DNA of 64,000 nucleotides from Patescibacteria group bacterium (GCA_038064875.1 JBBTSC010000001.1:315004-379003); one strand, 5' to 3'; numbered from the stretch's first letter, positions 45,735 through 56,065 are shown. Numbers and translations: made by a program. The notes: generated by a model not told the origin, from the letters alone.

Positions 45735-46217
45735 TCAATCTCTTTTATGCATTATCATCGGACCACCATGCCCGCCTGCTCTGTCCGGCCGAATCAAACT
45801 AAGGTCTATCTTGTTTTCTTTTGCCCATTTCTCAAGAGCTTGATGATTCTTCTCCATCTCTGCCTTGCGTTCTTCTTCTGTTAGATCGTTATCTTTGTTA
45901 GCTTCTCTTTGTTGCTTCATCTCTTTGAACTTGGATTCAATCTTGGACTTCTGGTCAGTTGTAAGTTTGCCTTCGTCAACTAGCTTTTGTAATTTGTCGC
46001 TCATAGCCTTTTCATGTTCAGCCCGACGACTTGCATGTTCTTCATCAAAAACTTTCTTAACCTCATCTTTATCGAGATTAAATTTTGTTGCTATTTTGTC
46101 TACCAGCGTGTCACCACTACTCGATGTCTGAGCAGATGTTAACCCGACGAATCCTAAGCTACTCATACCCACAACGCCTAGAGTTCCTATTGTTGCTAAC
46201 TTTTTATTTATTGCCAT
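45735..46217 (-). CDS. secreted helical protein with LTxxQ motif (Spy/CpxP-like?)
   Basis: Signal peptide ending in SAQT. Charged helical body containing KLTTDQKSKIE. Located upstream of the RR/HK pair on the same strand. Confidence 0.45.
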   Translation of the reverse strand: MAINKKLATIGTLGVVGMSSLGFVGLTSAQTSSSGDTLVDKIATKFNLDKDEVKKVFDEEHASRRAEHEKAMSDKLQKLVDEGKLTTDQKSKIESKFKEMKQQREANKDNDLTEEERKAEMEKNHQALEKWAKENKIDLSLIRPDRAGGHGGPMIMHKRD

Positions 46218-46352
46218 TTATTTTCCTTTCGTTAGTTGATGACCTTGATATAGTATTCGTCAAATCTTAGAATGAGCTTATGCAGACAAAGTATGGGGTC
46301 AGTTTTTCTTTTCACAGATGTAGTGAATTTGAGATACAATAAAGGAACTAAA

Positions 46353-47309
46353 GTGAGAGAGAAAATATTCAGGATACACGGGAAAACTAAAGACGTTGCT
46401 CGGGACACTAGTTGGCAACGCCTTATTTTAGCGTGCCTCATCCTAGCTTTACTTTACCTGCTTCTGATAAAGAGAGTTTTTTTGACCCCAGATCTGATCT
46501 TTGTCTTCTTTTTGGCAATTTTTGCTACCCTCAGTGAGACAAAAGAGTTCTTAAAGCGATTTTTACCGATTTTTAGTCTGTTGCTTGTATATGAATTTTT
46601 TAGAGGATTGGCCGACTGGCTTAACGGCACAGTGCACTTTACAGAAATGATTAACTTTGACCGCTGGATGAGCGCGGGAACACTACCAACATATTGGCTA
46701 CAACAACACCTCTGGCACGGACAAGTCCAGTGGTACGACTTTTATTTTTATTTTATATACATGCTACATTTTGTGGCACCACTCGTTTTTGCTGTTATCC
46801 TCTGGAAATTTCACTCAAAGCATTATTGGAGATTCATATTCGCGCTTGTGGTACTAAGTTTTGGAGCGTTCATAACATATTTGATTTATCCTGCAGCGCC
46901 ACCTTGGATGGCTAAAGATCTAGGATATATTGCTGAACCAATAACTCGAATTTCGTCGAACATATGGTATGCCATGGGGGTCGATAATTTTTCTGAAGTT
47001 TATCAAAGACTACCTGCTAATCCAGTGGCTGCGGTGCCTTCACTACACTCAGCCTATCCTCTTTTAGTTTGCCTATTTCTGATCCGAATTCTTGGCTTTA
47101 GAAAAACAGGCTGGACACTTTTCTACCCAATCACTATGTGGATCGGTGTTGTCTACATGGCAGAACACTATGTGATTGATGTATTACTTGGAGCACTGTA
47201 CGCAATTATCGCTTTTGCTCTCTCACAAAACGACACACTTTACAATTACTTGAAAAAGACCATAATGAATATCAGGATTAACGGATTGACCAAAATAAAA
47301 AAATTATGA
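46353..47309 (+). CDS. PAP2-superfamily membrane protein (Aur1/IPC-synthase-like PAP2_C)
   Basis: AAVPSLHSAYPLL and YMAEHYVIDV motifs. Multiple TM helices. Start set at GTG 46353 (SD AAGGA 6 nt upstream) rather than ATG 46272. Confidence 0.6.
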   Translation: MREKIFRIHGKTKDVARDTSWQRLILACLILALLYLLLIKRVFLTPDLIFVFFLAIFATLSETKEFLKRFLPIFSLLLVYEFFRGLADWLNGTVHFTEMINFDRWMSAGTLPTYWLQQHLWHGQVQWYDFYFYFIYMLHFVAPLVFAVILWKFHSKHYWRFIFALVVLSFGAFITYLIYPAAPPWMAKDLGYIAEPITRISSNIWYAMGVDNFSEVYQRLPANPVAAVPSLHSAYPLLVCLFLIRILGFRKTGWTLFYPITMWIGVVYMAEHYVIDVLLGALYAIIAFALSQNDTLYNYLKKTIMNIRINGLTKIKKL

Positions 47310-47755
47310 AAGAACCAAGACCACTCCCAGAAGGTAGCTTAGCAGAACGAACTAGGATAGCTCGTGAATATACTGATAGAGTTACTCGCATTGCTGGCCT
47401 AAGCCAGAGGGAGCCTCTGATTCATGAAGGCTTTGAATACACAGCTGAACCAAATCTAACCACAAATGTTGCAATAGAAGGCCCAACTCTATTCATAAGG
47501 CCAGTTGGAGCCGAGGAAGACAAAATTGAAAAATTCGAAATGCATTTGCAAACAGTAACTCTTAGTAGATACGTTGAAGATGTTCCGACAGTATGGGGAA
47601 GAGCTTTTGGTAATCTACTACACAAATCAGGAATTGAGAAAGAGAGAAGTCTCAAACTAGAGCAAACTGAGTTAGACTCTCATGGTGTAGCAACGCTTTC
47701 TAAGAGACTTGCGAAAGTCATAGAAGATAGTACTAAGCTAAAGTCTGTTGAATAA
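47306..47755 (+). CDS. hypothetical protein
   Basis: 149 aa and soluble. ATGA overlap with the PAP2 gene. No family recognised. Confidence 0.45.
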   Translation: MKEPRPLPEGSLAERTRIAREYTDRVTRIAGLSQREPLIHEGFEYTAEPNLTTNVAIEGPTLFIRPVGAEEDKIEKFEMHLQTVTLSRYVEDVPTVWGRAFGNLLHKSGIEKERSLKLEQTELDSHGVATLSKRLAKVIEDSTKLKSVE

Positions 47756-47758
47756 ACT

Positions 47759-48904
47759 TCAAGAACGAAGGCTTAGTGCTGACTGTTCGACTGACTGGAG
47801 TATTGGTTCAAGTTCAGTATGCGCTCTAGCATCCGCCAAGTGCCTCAACAACCATGGCATCATGCCGTACATTTCTATCTTTCCGTATTGTAATGCAGCC
47901 CATCGCGGACCCACCGGAGTAACACAAACAGGCTTTTTAACCCGATAACTCTCTGGGTCTTTGCCTTCTATCTTTCTGACTAAATTTTCACCTACGAATT
48001 TAGCGTCATTCATAGCTGTTTGAGCAAACCCAGCATAAGGAGTATTCGCATTATCACCAAGTATGTATATACCATCTTCAGCTTCCAAATAAGCATTCAC
48101 TGCCACATGGCGATTGTGCATGACAAAGTCATTTTCCGCAAAAAATGGATTATTTGACATTCCTGCTGTCCATACCACACAAGTAGATTCAATTTTTTTA
48201 CCATCTATCGTTAAGTGGTTTATATCTTGTCCCTGGACATGCGCATTAGTCATAACCTTTACGCCTAAGTTATTGAGTCTCCTCTTTAGACTTCTTGACA
48301 TTGACTTGCTACCCCTAGGCATTAACCTATTTGCCGCCTCTATCAATGTAACTTTGAATTTAATGTCTTTACCTGCCTGATTAGCTAAACCTCTTATATA
48401 CCCAGGCAGAGCCCCGGCTAGCTCAATACCAGTTGGCCCACCACCAACAATTAGATAGTTGTGGTCTTCTTTTTCTTTACTGGCTATTTTTGACTTCACA
48501 TGCGCCTTGAACTTCTCAACTTCCTCTTTTGACTTGATGCCATATGAGTATTTGTCTAAACCTTCTATTCCAAAATAGTTTGTTACCACGCCAAGTGCTA
48601 ACACCAAATAATCATAATCGTATGATTTACTATTTCTGCAAATAACTTTCTTTTCCTTTTTATCAAGACCCGTTACTTTGTTATGGACAACCGTCACTGC
48701 AGTGTCCCCAAAAATGTCTTCTAACGGGATTATTGATTCTCTCGTGAGACCAGTAGTTGCGCTGTGATAAAGCGAGGGATAATAGCAGAAATAATCCCGC
48801 TCTGAGATTAAAGTAATCTCAAATCTATCGTCATCAGCTAAATCATGCGCTAACTTTACTCCACCGAACCCACCACCGACGATAACTAGCTTTGTTTTTT
48901 TCAA
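47759..48904 (-). CDS. type II NADH dehydrogenase (NDH-2)-like flavoprotein
   Basis: Two dinucleotide folds: KLVIVGGGFGGV and LIVGGGPTGIELAG. Confidence 0.82.
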   Translation of the reverse strand: MKKTKLVIVGGGFGGVKLAHDLADDDRFEITLISERDYFCYYPSLYHSATTGLTRESIIPLEDIFGDTAVTVVHNKVTGLDKKEKKVICRNSKSYDYDYLVLALGVVTNYFGIEGLDKYSYGIKSKEEVEKFKAHVKSKIASKEKEDHNYLIVGGGPTGIELAGALPGYIRGLANQAGKDIKFKVTLIEAANRLMPRGSKSMSRSLKRRLNNLGVKVMTNAHVQGQDINHLTIDGKKIESTCVVWTAGMSNNPFFAENDFVMHNRHVAVNAYLEAEDGIYILGDNANTPYAGFAQTAMNDAKFVGENLVRKIEGKDPESYRVKKPVCVTPVGPRWAALQYGKIEMYGMMPWLLRHLADARAHTELEPILQSVEQSALSLRS

Positions 48905-48961
48905 TTATTGTTCCTTTTTGTTTTATTTATTTCACGAAATATTATATCATAAAGGTTAAGC

Positions 48962-50620
48962 ATGAGCATAAAACAAAAAATTATCGATTCTGGATTTCGT
49001 GGTGAAATAGACAGTAGTCAAGCAACCCTTGATACCTATAGTCATGATGCCAGCATGTTCGAAATTATCCCCGAGTTTGTTGTAAGCCCCGTTGACTATG
49101 AAGATGTAAAAAGACTCGTGAAGACAGTATCGACCAACAAGAAAAAGCTCCCCAAACTATCCCTAACTGCCAGATCAGCAGGAACTGATATGGCTGGTGG
49201 CGCAATCAACGATTCAATCATCGTTGATTTCAATAAGCATTTGACCAGAATTGGTCAAATAACTTCAGACTACGCAAAAACACAGCCTGGGGTATTTTAT
49301 CGAGATTTTGAAAAAGCCACCCTGAAATATGATGCGCTGATGCCTTCGTATCCTGCCAGCCGAGAACTTTGCACTGTAGGTGGCATGGTCGCTAACAACT
49401 CGGGCGGAGAAAAATCGTTAGAGTTCGGCAAAACTGAAAAGTTTATTAAAGAACTTCACGTAGTCTTTGCTGACGGCAATGAATATGTAGTAAAACCAAT
49501 CACAAAAAAAGAGCTCAATAAGAAAATCGCTCAGAACAACTTTGAAGGTGATATTTATAAAAAAGTTTTTGACGTGGTCGAGAAAAATTATTACCAGATC
49601 AAAAAAGCCAAGCCAACTGTTAGCAAAAATTCAATGGGCTACAATCTCTGGAACGTCTGGGACCGAGAGACCGAGATATTTGATCTAACTCAGCTAATTG
49701 TTGGGTCTGAAGGAACCCTTGGATTTGTCACCGATATTACATTTAGATTAGTCCCCGCACCAAAACATTCCGGTACACTAGTGATGTTCCTTAGAGACCT
49801 CGGCGATCTTGGCCAACTTATTAAAGACGTGCTCAGGCACAAACCAGCGACTTTTGAAGGATTTGATAACTACACTTTGATGTTAAGTTTTAAGCTCTTC
49901 TTTTTCTTCCACAAAAGGCTTGGCTGGCCACAAACTATTAAGCTTGGCTTGCAACTTTTGCCAAGCGCACTAAAACTTTTCAGAGGCATACCTAAAATGG
50001 TACTTTTGATCGAATTTACTGGAGAAACACCCGAAGAGGTAGCGCATAAAGTTCATGAGATGCGCCTAGATCTGCAGAGAAAAGGGTATGGACACGAGTC
50101 GCTTTTTGAAGAAGACGAGACCGAAGCAAAAGAGAAAAAATTCTGGATTATGCGCCGTGAGAGCTTTAATCTACTCAGACAAAAAGTTAAAGACAAGCAC
50201 ACCGCACCATTTATTGATGACCTAGTGGTTAACCCTGAACATTTACCTGAGTTCTTGCCGAAACTTAGAAAAATTATCAAAAAGTACAAATTACTTGCTA
50301 CTGTTGCAGGTCATATGGGTGATGGCAATTTTCATATCATCCCACTGATGAAGCTGGAAGATCCTGCGGAGAGAAAAAAGCTACTGCCTTGCATGCGCGA
50401 AGTTAATGAATTGATATTGTCATACGGTGGATCATTGAGTGGAGAGCATAACGATGGGCTTGTACGTGGTCCGTGGCTAAAAGATCAGTTTGGCGAAGAA
50501 ATTCTAAAACTATTTAAAGAGACTAAAGAAATTTTTGACCCTCATCATATCTTCAACCCTCACAAAAAAGCCAATGCCACCTGGGAATATTCCCAAAAGC
50601 ACATCCGCGCTAAATTCTAA
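48962..50620 (+). CDS. FAD-linked oxidase (GlcD/D-lactate dehydrogenase family)
   Basis: FAD_binding_4-type N-terminal domain (RSAGTDMAGGAI, GGMVANNSGG) and C-terminal GSLSGEHNDG. Confidence 0.78.
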   Translation: MSIKQKIIDSGFRGEIDSSQATLDTYSHDASMFEIIPEFVVSPVDYEDVKRLVKTVSTNKKKLPKLSLTARSAGTDMAGGAINDSIIVDFNKHLTRIGQITSDYAKTQPGVFYRDFEKATLKYDALMPSYPASRELCTVGGMVANNSGGEKSLEFGKTEKFIKELHVVFADGNEYVVKPITKKELNKKIAQNNFEGDIYKKVFDVVEKNYYQIKKAKPTVSKNSMGYNLWNVWDRETEIFDLTQLIVGSEGTLGFVTDITFRLVPAPKHSGTLVMFLRDLGDLGQLIKDVLRHKPATFEGFDNYTLMLSFKLFFFFHKRLGWPQTIKLGLQLLPSALKLFRGIPKMVLLIEFTGETPEEVAHKVHEMRLDLQRKGYGHESLFEEDETEAKEKKFWIMRRESFNLLRQKVKDKHTAPFIDDLVVNPEHLPEFLPKLRKIIKKYKLLATVAGHMGDGNFHIIPLMKLEDPAERKKLLPCMREVNELILSYGGSLSGEHNDGLVRGPWLKDQFGEEILKLFKETKEIFDPHHIFNPHKKANATWEYSQKHIRAKF

Positions 50621-50621
50621 A

Positions 50622-51836
50622 TCATCTAACCAGGATAAATGTGTTCTTGCCCTTTTTGATCAAAGAAATTTCTTTTATCTCTACGTCTTCACCTATCTTT
50701 TGCCCGTTGATACTAACTGCACCACTTTCTAATAGTCGACGGAATTCTCCCTTTGAGTCAAGCAATTCTTTTTCCACTAATCTGTCACTCAAGGTACCGA
50801 AAGATATTTCTGGAATTTCTTTTGCTAATAGATTTATCTCATCCTGATCAAGCTGATTGATGTTGCTGTTATCGCCAAAAAGCACTTCGGTCACTTTCCT
50901 TACTGAATTTGCCCTCTGCTCACCATGAACTATTTTAGTAACTTCTTCTGCCAATCTCTTCTGAGCAATTCTGGACGATTTATCCTTTGAAAATTCAGTT
51001 ATTATTTTATCAATTTCCGCTTTATCGAGTTCAGTATAGATCTTTAGATAATCTTCTACACCTTGGTCATCTACATTGAGCCAAAATTGGTAGAACTTGT
51101 ATGGGCTTGTTTTTTGCTCATCGAGCCAAATAGCGCCGTCCTCTGACTTGCCAAATTTCACACCCGTAGATTTATTGATAATAAGTGGCATGGTTATCAC
51201 GTGCACTTCCTTGCCCTCAACTCTACGTACTAGGTCAACGCCTGACAAGCTATTCCCCCACTGATCACTACCTGCTAGTTGCAATGTAACACCGTGGTCT
51301 TTGTAAAGTTTTAGAAAATCATAACCCTGAAGCAACGTATAGCTAAATTCAGTATAGGTAATTCCCGCGCCACCCTCACCAATTCGCTTTGCTATATAGT
51401 CACGTTGAACGAGCGGTGTCATAGAAAAATGCTTACCGGTATCTCTTAGGAAATCCAACAACCGTATATCTTTGAACCAGTCTAAATTGTTAACTAATTT
51501 GAAATCTTGCCCAGAAAATATTTTCTCTATTTGACTTTTTGCCTTTGCCACATTAGACGCAACTGTTTTCTCATCTTGCAAAGGACGTTCTTTATCCTTA
51601 CCTCCTGGATCACCGATAAGACTAGTGGCCCCACCTGCTAACAGAACAGCCTTGTGCCCATGTTTAATAAACAGCTTATCTAACATCATAGCTGCAAGGT
51701 TTCCTACCGTCTGAGAATCTGCTGAGGCGTCAAAGCCATGGTAAAAAGTCAGTTTTTTCTCATCTAAATACTTAAGGTCAGCGATTGTCGTGTCTTGAAC
51801 AAAACCTCGCCAAGCTAACTCTTCTGATAATTTCAT
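50622..51836 (-). CDS. tyrS: tyrosine--tRNA ligase (HIGH motif degenerate: TVGN)
   Basis: FYHGFDASADSQTVGNLA aligns to the bacterial YCGFDPTADSLHIGHLA. GGATSLIGDP, KFGKS and a C-terminal S4-like domain are present. Confidence 0.9.
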   Translation of the reverse strand: MKLSEELAWRGFVQDTTIADLKYLDEKKLTFYHGFDASADSQTVGNLAAMMLDKLFIKHGHKAVLLAGGATSLIGDPGGKDKERPLQDEKTVASNVAKAKSQIEKIFSGQDFKLVNNLDWFKDIRLLDFLRDTGKHFSMTPLVQRDYIAKRIGEGGAGITYTEFSYTLLQGYDFLKLYKDHGVTLQLAGSDQWGNSLSGVDLVRRVEGKEVHVITMPLIINKSTGVKFGKSEDGAIWLDEQKTSPYKFYQFWLNVDDQGVEDYLKIYTELDKAEIDKIITEFSKDKSSRIAQKRLAEEVTKIVHGEQRANSVRKVTEVLFGDNSNINQLDQDEINLLAKEIPEISFGTLSDRLVEKELLDSKGEFRRLLESGAVSINGQKIGEDVEIKEISLIKKGKNTFILVR

Positions 51837-51868
51837 AGATATATTCTACCATGTTAGACTTGAGATAT

Positions 51869-52687
51869 ATGAAGATCGGCATTCAGGGCGAGAAATTTTC
51901 TTGGCATTATCTTGCGTCGCAAAAGCTATATGGTAAAAATATAGAAATACTATTCTACAAAGAGTTTAGTGATGTGTTTAGAGCACAAGACAAGGGCGAT
52001 ATAGATTTTGGCTTGGTCGCCATAGAAAACTCAGTGTATGGGTCTATTGTTCCTGTGTATCAGGAATTGTCGAAGAGAAATTATTTTATAAATGGTGAGG
52101 TCAAACTGCAAATCAACCAGTGCTTGCTAGCTCTTCCATCGACAAAACTAGAGGAAATAACAGACGTATATTCACATCCTGTGGCACTCAATCAGTGCCA
52201 TGCATGGCTTGAAAATAATTTACCACAAGCAGATCAGCACGCATACTTCGACACAGCAATGAGCGCCATCAAAGTATCAAAATCATCAGATAAAATATCA
52301 GCTATCGGACCTGCAGAACTTGCAAACGACCTGGATCTTCAAATACTGGCTAGAGATATTAACGTAGGGTCAAATTATACAAGATTCATATCTTTCTCCA
52401 ACTCAAAAGACGTTGCTGACGATGCCAACAAAACCTCTATCATACTAACCACATCTCATAAAGAAGGAGCTTTATATGATGCTCTGGGTTGTTTTGCCAA
52501 AGAAAAAATCAATCTCACAAAACTAGAATCACACCCTGTAACGGGGCGCGCTTGGGAATATCAATTCTACATTGATCTAGACTGCCGGTTCAACCAAAAA
52601 AAATTCAAATCCGCTGAGAAAAATCTGATCAATCAAGGTGCAAAGGTACAGGTTATTGGCTGTTTCTTGGCTGACGACATGCTATAA
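51869..52687 (+). CDS. pheA: prephenate dehydratase (PDT + ACT domains)
   Basis: MKIGIQGEKFSW, AIENSVYGSI, TRFISF and a C-terminal ACT-like region. Start placed at ATG 51869. Confidence 0.85.
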   Translation: MKIGIQGEKFSWHYLASQKLYGKNIEILFYKEFSDVFRAQDKGDIDFGLVAIENSVYGSIVPVYQELSKRNYFINGEVKLQINQCLLALPSTKLEEITDVYSHPVALNQCHAWLENNLPQADQHAYFDTAMSAIKVSKSSDKISAIGPAELANDLDLQILARDINVGSNYTRFISFSNSKDVADDANKTSIILTTSHKEGALYDALGCFAKEKINLTKLESHPVTGRAWEYQFYIDLDCRFNQKKFKSAEKNLINQGAKVQVIGCFLADDML

Positions 52688-52688
52688 T
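52680..52688 (+). promoter_or_regulatory. extended -10 element TGCTATAAT overlapping the pheA stop
   Basis: TGCTATAAT lies 19 nt upstream of ATG 52707. Confidence 0.35.
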
Positions 52689-52706
52689 ATCAGTAGTAGG
52701 ATACCT

Positions 52707-53768
52707 ATGAGGGCAAAACATAAAACTTTTTTTATACGCAATACGCGTGCAGGTGAACTTCAGGAAATATTTTTTGTTTCTGCGATTACTAGTTTGCTAT
52801 TAGTGAGATTCTATCTAAGCCAAACAGGATTCCCTCAACTTGGCAACGGAAATCTCCACATCGCACACATGCTCTGGGGAGGCTTACTAATGTTCGCTTC
52901 TATTACTATTTCGCTTGCATTTTTGGGCTACAGGACTCAAAGGCTAGCAGCACTAGTTGGCGGAATTGGCTTTGGCGTATTCATCGATGAACTTGGAAAA
53001 TTTATCACTGAAGATAATAATTACTTTTTTAAACCAACGGTTGGCCTCCTTTACGCAATATTCGCCATAATCTTCATTATCTTCAACTATATGAGCAAGC
53101 GAGATAACTTCACAAACGAAGAATACCAAGTAAACGCAATTTACAGACTGGAAGAGTCGATACTTAGACATTTAGATAAAGATGAAAAAAATCGAATTTT
53201 AGAGCTAATATCCAAAGCAAATCAAAAAAATAAATTCACGATAAAGTTAAAAGAAATAACGAATTCACTAAACGTAGACCACCATCTAGACGAGCCAAGA
53301 GGTATAAAAAAATTATGGAATCAATTCGATAATTTATATGAAAGATTCTGGCTTGGTCGTAACTCAAATCACTTGGTTGGGCTTATTTTTATATTACAGA
53401 TTATTTTGATTGCTTTTCTAAACATATTCACGATATACCACAATATAAACGACATTAGCACTATCTTCACCAGTGATATAACCTATGACCAGGAGCTCAT
53501 AATTGCTCAAGTCATAACTTCAATAATCTCAGGGCTAATAGTAATATATGGGATATTTAAGCTTAGCTCATCCAGATTAGAAGCTTTCAAATTATTTAAG
53601 CTAGCAATTCTAATAACTCTATTCTTGACCGAATTTTTCTTATTCTTGAGAGTTGAGTTCTCCGCATTACCTAACTTCTTCTTTAACTTACTGCTACTCG
53701 GCATGGTGAGCTACGTCATAGACAAAGAGACAAGGCTAGAATTTAAAAGTAAAAATGAGCTACAATAA
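52707..53768 (+). CDS. polytopic membrane protein, hypothetical
   Basis: About 8 TM helices. Start at MRAKHK. Confidence 0.5.
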   Translation: MRAKHKTFFIRNTRAGELQEIFFVSAITSLLLVRFYLSQTGFPQLGNGNLHIAHMLWGGLLMFASITISLAFLGYRTQRLAALVGGIGFGVFIDELGKFITEDNNYFFKPTVGLLYAIFAIIFIIFNYMSKRDNFTNEEYQVNAIYRLEESILRHLDKDEKNRILELISKANQKNKFTIKLKEITNSLNVDHHLDEPRGIKKLWNQFDNLYERFWLGRNSNHLVGLIFILQIILIAFLNIFTIYHNINDISTIFTSDITYDQELIIAQVITSIISGLIVIYGIFKLSSSRLEAFKLFKLAILITLFLTEFFLFLRVEFSALPNFFFNLLLLGMVSYVIDKETRLEFKSKNELQ

Positions 53769-53786
53769 AGGTATAGGAGGGAAAGC

Positions 53787-54392
53787 GTGTTTCAATTAGA
53801 GGGATTGCCCTACGACTACAAAGATCTAGAGCCATATATCGACGCTGAGACCATGGAAATACATTATGGCAAGCACCACCAAACCTACGTGGATAAGCTC
53901 AACAGTGCCCTTAAAGATTTTCCAGAATTAGCTGACAAAAAAATTGAAGAGCTGGTCAGTTCTATCAGTGCTCTCCCTGAATCAGTCCAGACAGCGGTAA
54001 GAAATAACGGTGGTGGTCACTATAACCACTCTCTTTTTTGGAATTTCATGACTCCCGATCAAAGCAAAAAGAATATCTCGTCTGAAATTAGTGATGCTAT
54101 TAATAACACATTTGGTAGTATTGAGGACTTTAAAGGCAAGTTTGAAGAGAGTGCAATACTCAGATTTGGATCTGGATGGGTGTGGCTCGTGAGCAAAGAT
54201 GGAAAGCTAGAGATCATAAGCACCGCGAACCAAGACACGCCACTTGAGCTTGGATATAGCCCCCTACTTGGACTTGATGTTTGGGAGCATGCGTATTATC
54301 TAAAATATAAGAATCGAAGACCTGAATACATACAAGCTTGGTGGAATGTAGTTAACTGGAGCGAAGTCGCTCAGAAATTATCCCAGAACTAA
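53787..54392 (+). CDS. sodA: Fe/Mn superoxide dismutase
   Basis: [22 protein letters not shown] and [21 protein letters not shown] start with SD AGGAGGG. Confidence 0.93.
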   Translation: MFQLEGLPYDYKDLEPYIDAETMEIHYGKHHQTYVDKLNSALKDFPELADKKIEELVSSISALPESVQTAVRNNGGGHYNHSLFWNFMTPDQSKKNISSEISDAINNTFGSIEDFKGKFEESAILRFGSGWVWLVSKDGKLEIISTANQDTPLELGYSPLLGLDVWEHAYYLKYKNRRPEYIQAWWNVVNWSEVAQKLSQN

Positions 54393-54394
54393 AG

Positions 54395-55369
54395 ATGATC
54401 GTAATCATAGTTATACTTTTAATTTTGTTATCGGCAATCTGCTCCGGTCTGAACATAGCTATTATGTCACTGAAAACCAAGGAGCTTGAACGCCAGGCAA
54501 AGCTAGGAAACAAAGACGCAAAGAAAGTCTATGGATTTAGGAAAAATCCACACCTAACCCTAGCCAGCATACTCCTATCCTGCGTGGCTCTAAACTCTGC
54601 GACAGCCCTTGTCCTAGGAAACAAGCTAAATGGCCTTTTAGCAGGTCTTATTAGCACCCTACTGCTTGTAGTATTTGCAGAGCTTATGCCTCAGGCAATT
54701 TTTACCAAGAACGCTCTGAAAATTTGCGCCAAATTCAGTCCCTTCATGAGAATTATGGTCTTTGTGACTTACCCCGTTGCTAAACCCCTCCAAATATTTA
54801 TGGATAGGTTATTTGGAGCTGACGAAGAACATCGGCTACATAGTCGTCGAGAGCTAGGACTTATGATCAATGAGCACCTAGGCCATGACGCTTCTAGTGA
54901 ACTAGATGAAGACGAAGTAGAGATCATAAGAGGAGCTCTACAACTCAGTGAGAAACAAGTTGAAGAGATAATGACCCCAATAGAAGAAGTCTACTGGCTA
55001 GATATTGATAGCTCTATTGATGAAACTAAGATAGATGAAATTAAACTAAAAAGTTATAGCAGGATTCCTGTATTCAACAAAGATAGGACTATTTGTCATG
55101 GTATTGTCAGAATGAAAGACATGGTAGATGTTGACTTTGACGAAACAGCTAAGAGAGTTAGCTCTCTACGCATTTTCCCGGTCAAAACAGTGGGTAGCAG
55201 AACGGCTCTTGATACAATGTTACGTAAATTTATTGTCGCCAGAACGCACCTTATACCAATAGAGAAAAGTGACGAAATAATTGGGATAATAACTATCGAG
55301 GATTTAATAGAAGAAATTATTGGTCAGGAAATAATAGACGAATCCGACCACATATTAAAACGAACTTGA
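54395..55369 (+). CDS. CNNM/DUF21 transporter with CBS pair (CorC/HlyC family, no C-terminal CorC domain)
   Basis: DUF21 TM region followed by tandem CBS-like segments. 324 aa. Confidence 0.78.
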   Translation: MIVIIVILLILLSAICSGLNIAIMSLKTKELERQAKLGNKDAKKVYGFRKNPHLTLASILLSCVALNSATALVLGNKLNGLLAGLISTLLLVVFAELMPQAIFTKNALKICAKFSPFMRIMVFVTYPVAKPLQIFMDRLFGADEEHRLHSRRELGLMINEHLGHDASSELDEDEVEIIRGALQLSEKQVEEIMTPIEEVYWLDIDSSIDETKIDEIKLKSYSRIPVFNKDRTICHGIVRMKDMVDVDFDETAKRVSSLRIFPVKTVGSRTALDTMLRKFIVARTHLIPIEKSDEIIGIITIEDLIEEIIGQEIIDESDHILKRT

Positions 55370-55382
55370 GATAAAAGACTTC

Positions 55383-56024
55383 TTAAGAACTTTTTTCTTT
55401 GCGCCACTTGGCTATTTCGGCGTGATTGCCACTCAATAGTACATCAGGGACCTGCTGATCATCATAAACCTCAGGGCGTGTATAATGCGGATGCTCTAGA
55501 TTATCACCATCTGAGAAACTCTCTTCTTCTGCGCTGGTCTCTCCGCCGAGAACTCCTGGCAATAATCTGACTACACTATCTACCAATACAAGCGCTGGCA
55601 ACTCTCCGCCAGTCAATATGAAGTCTCCAATTGAAAACGGCTGATCTACATACTTCATCACTCTTGCATCTTCGCCTTCGTACCTACCACAAACTATTAT
55701 CATGCCGTTGGCTTCTTTTGCTATAGATTTGCTCATATTTTGATCGAGTTTTTTACCTTTTGGTGTTGTTAGATAGACCAACGCCTGTGGATCTTTAGAT
55801 TTTGCATGCATGATGGCCTTATGCAGTGGCTCCACCATTAAAAGCATGCCGTCCCCACCACCATATGGAGTGTCGTCGACTTGTTTTCTCGGGCCGAGTC
55901 CAAAATCACGTAGGTCAATATATTCAAATTCAACCACACCGATGTCTGTAGCTTTCCTCATCATAGAGGTAGAAAGATAGCTCTTAGCCGGGTCATTAAA
56001 AAGACTTATTATCTGTATTTTCAT
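55383..56024 (-). CDS. trmD: tRNA (guanine37-N1)-methyltransferase
   Basis: VDDTPYGGGDGML, CGRYEGED and ILTGGELPA motifs. Confidence 0.9.
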   Translation of the reverse strand: MKIQIISLFNDPAKSYLSTSMMRKATDIGVVEFEYIDLRDFGLGPRKQVDDTPYGGGDGMLLMVEPLHKAIMHAKSKDPQALVYLTTPKGKKLDQNMSKSIAKEANGMIIVCGRYEGEDARVMKYVDQPFSIGDFILTGGELPALVLVDSVVRLLPGVLGGETSAEEESFSDGDNLEHPHYTRPEVYDDQQVPDVLLSGNHAEIAKWRKEKSS

Positions 56025-56065
56025 ATATACATCTTACCACCATCTTTGTCTTATAAATACAAACT

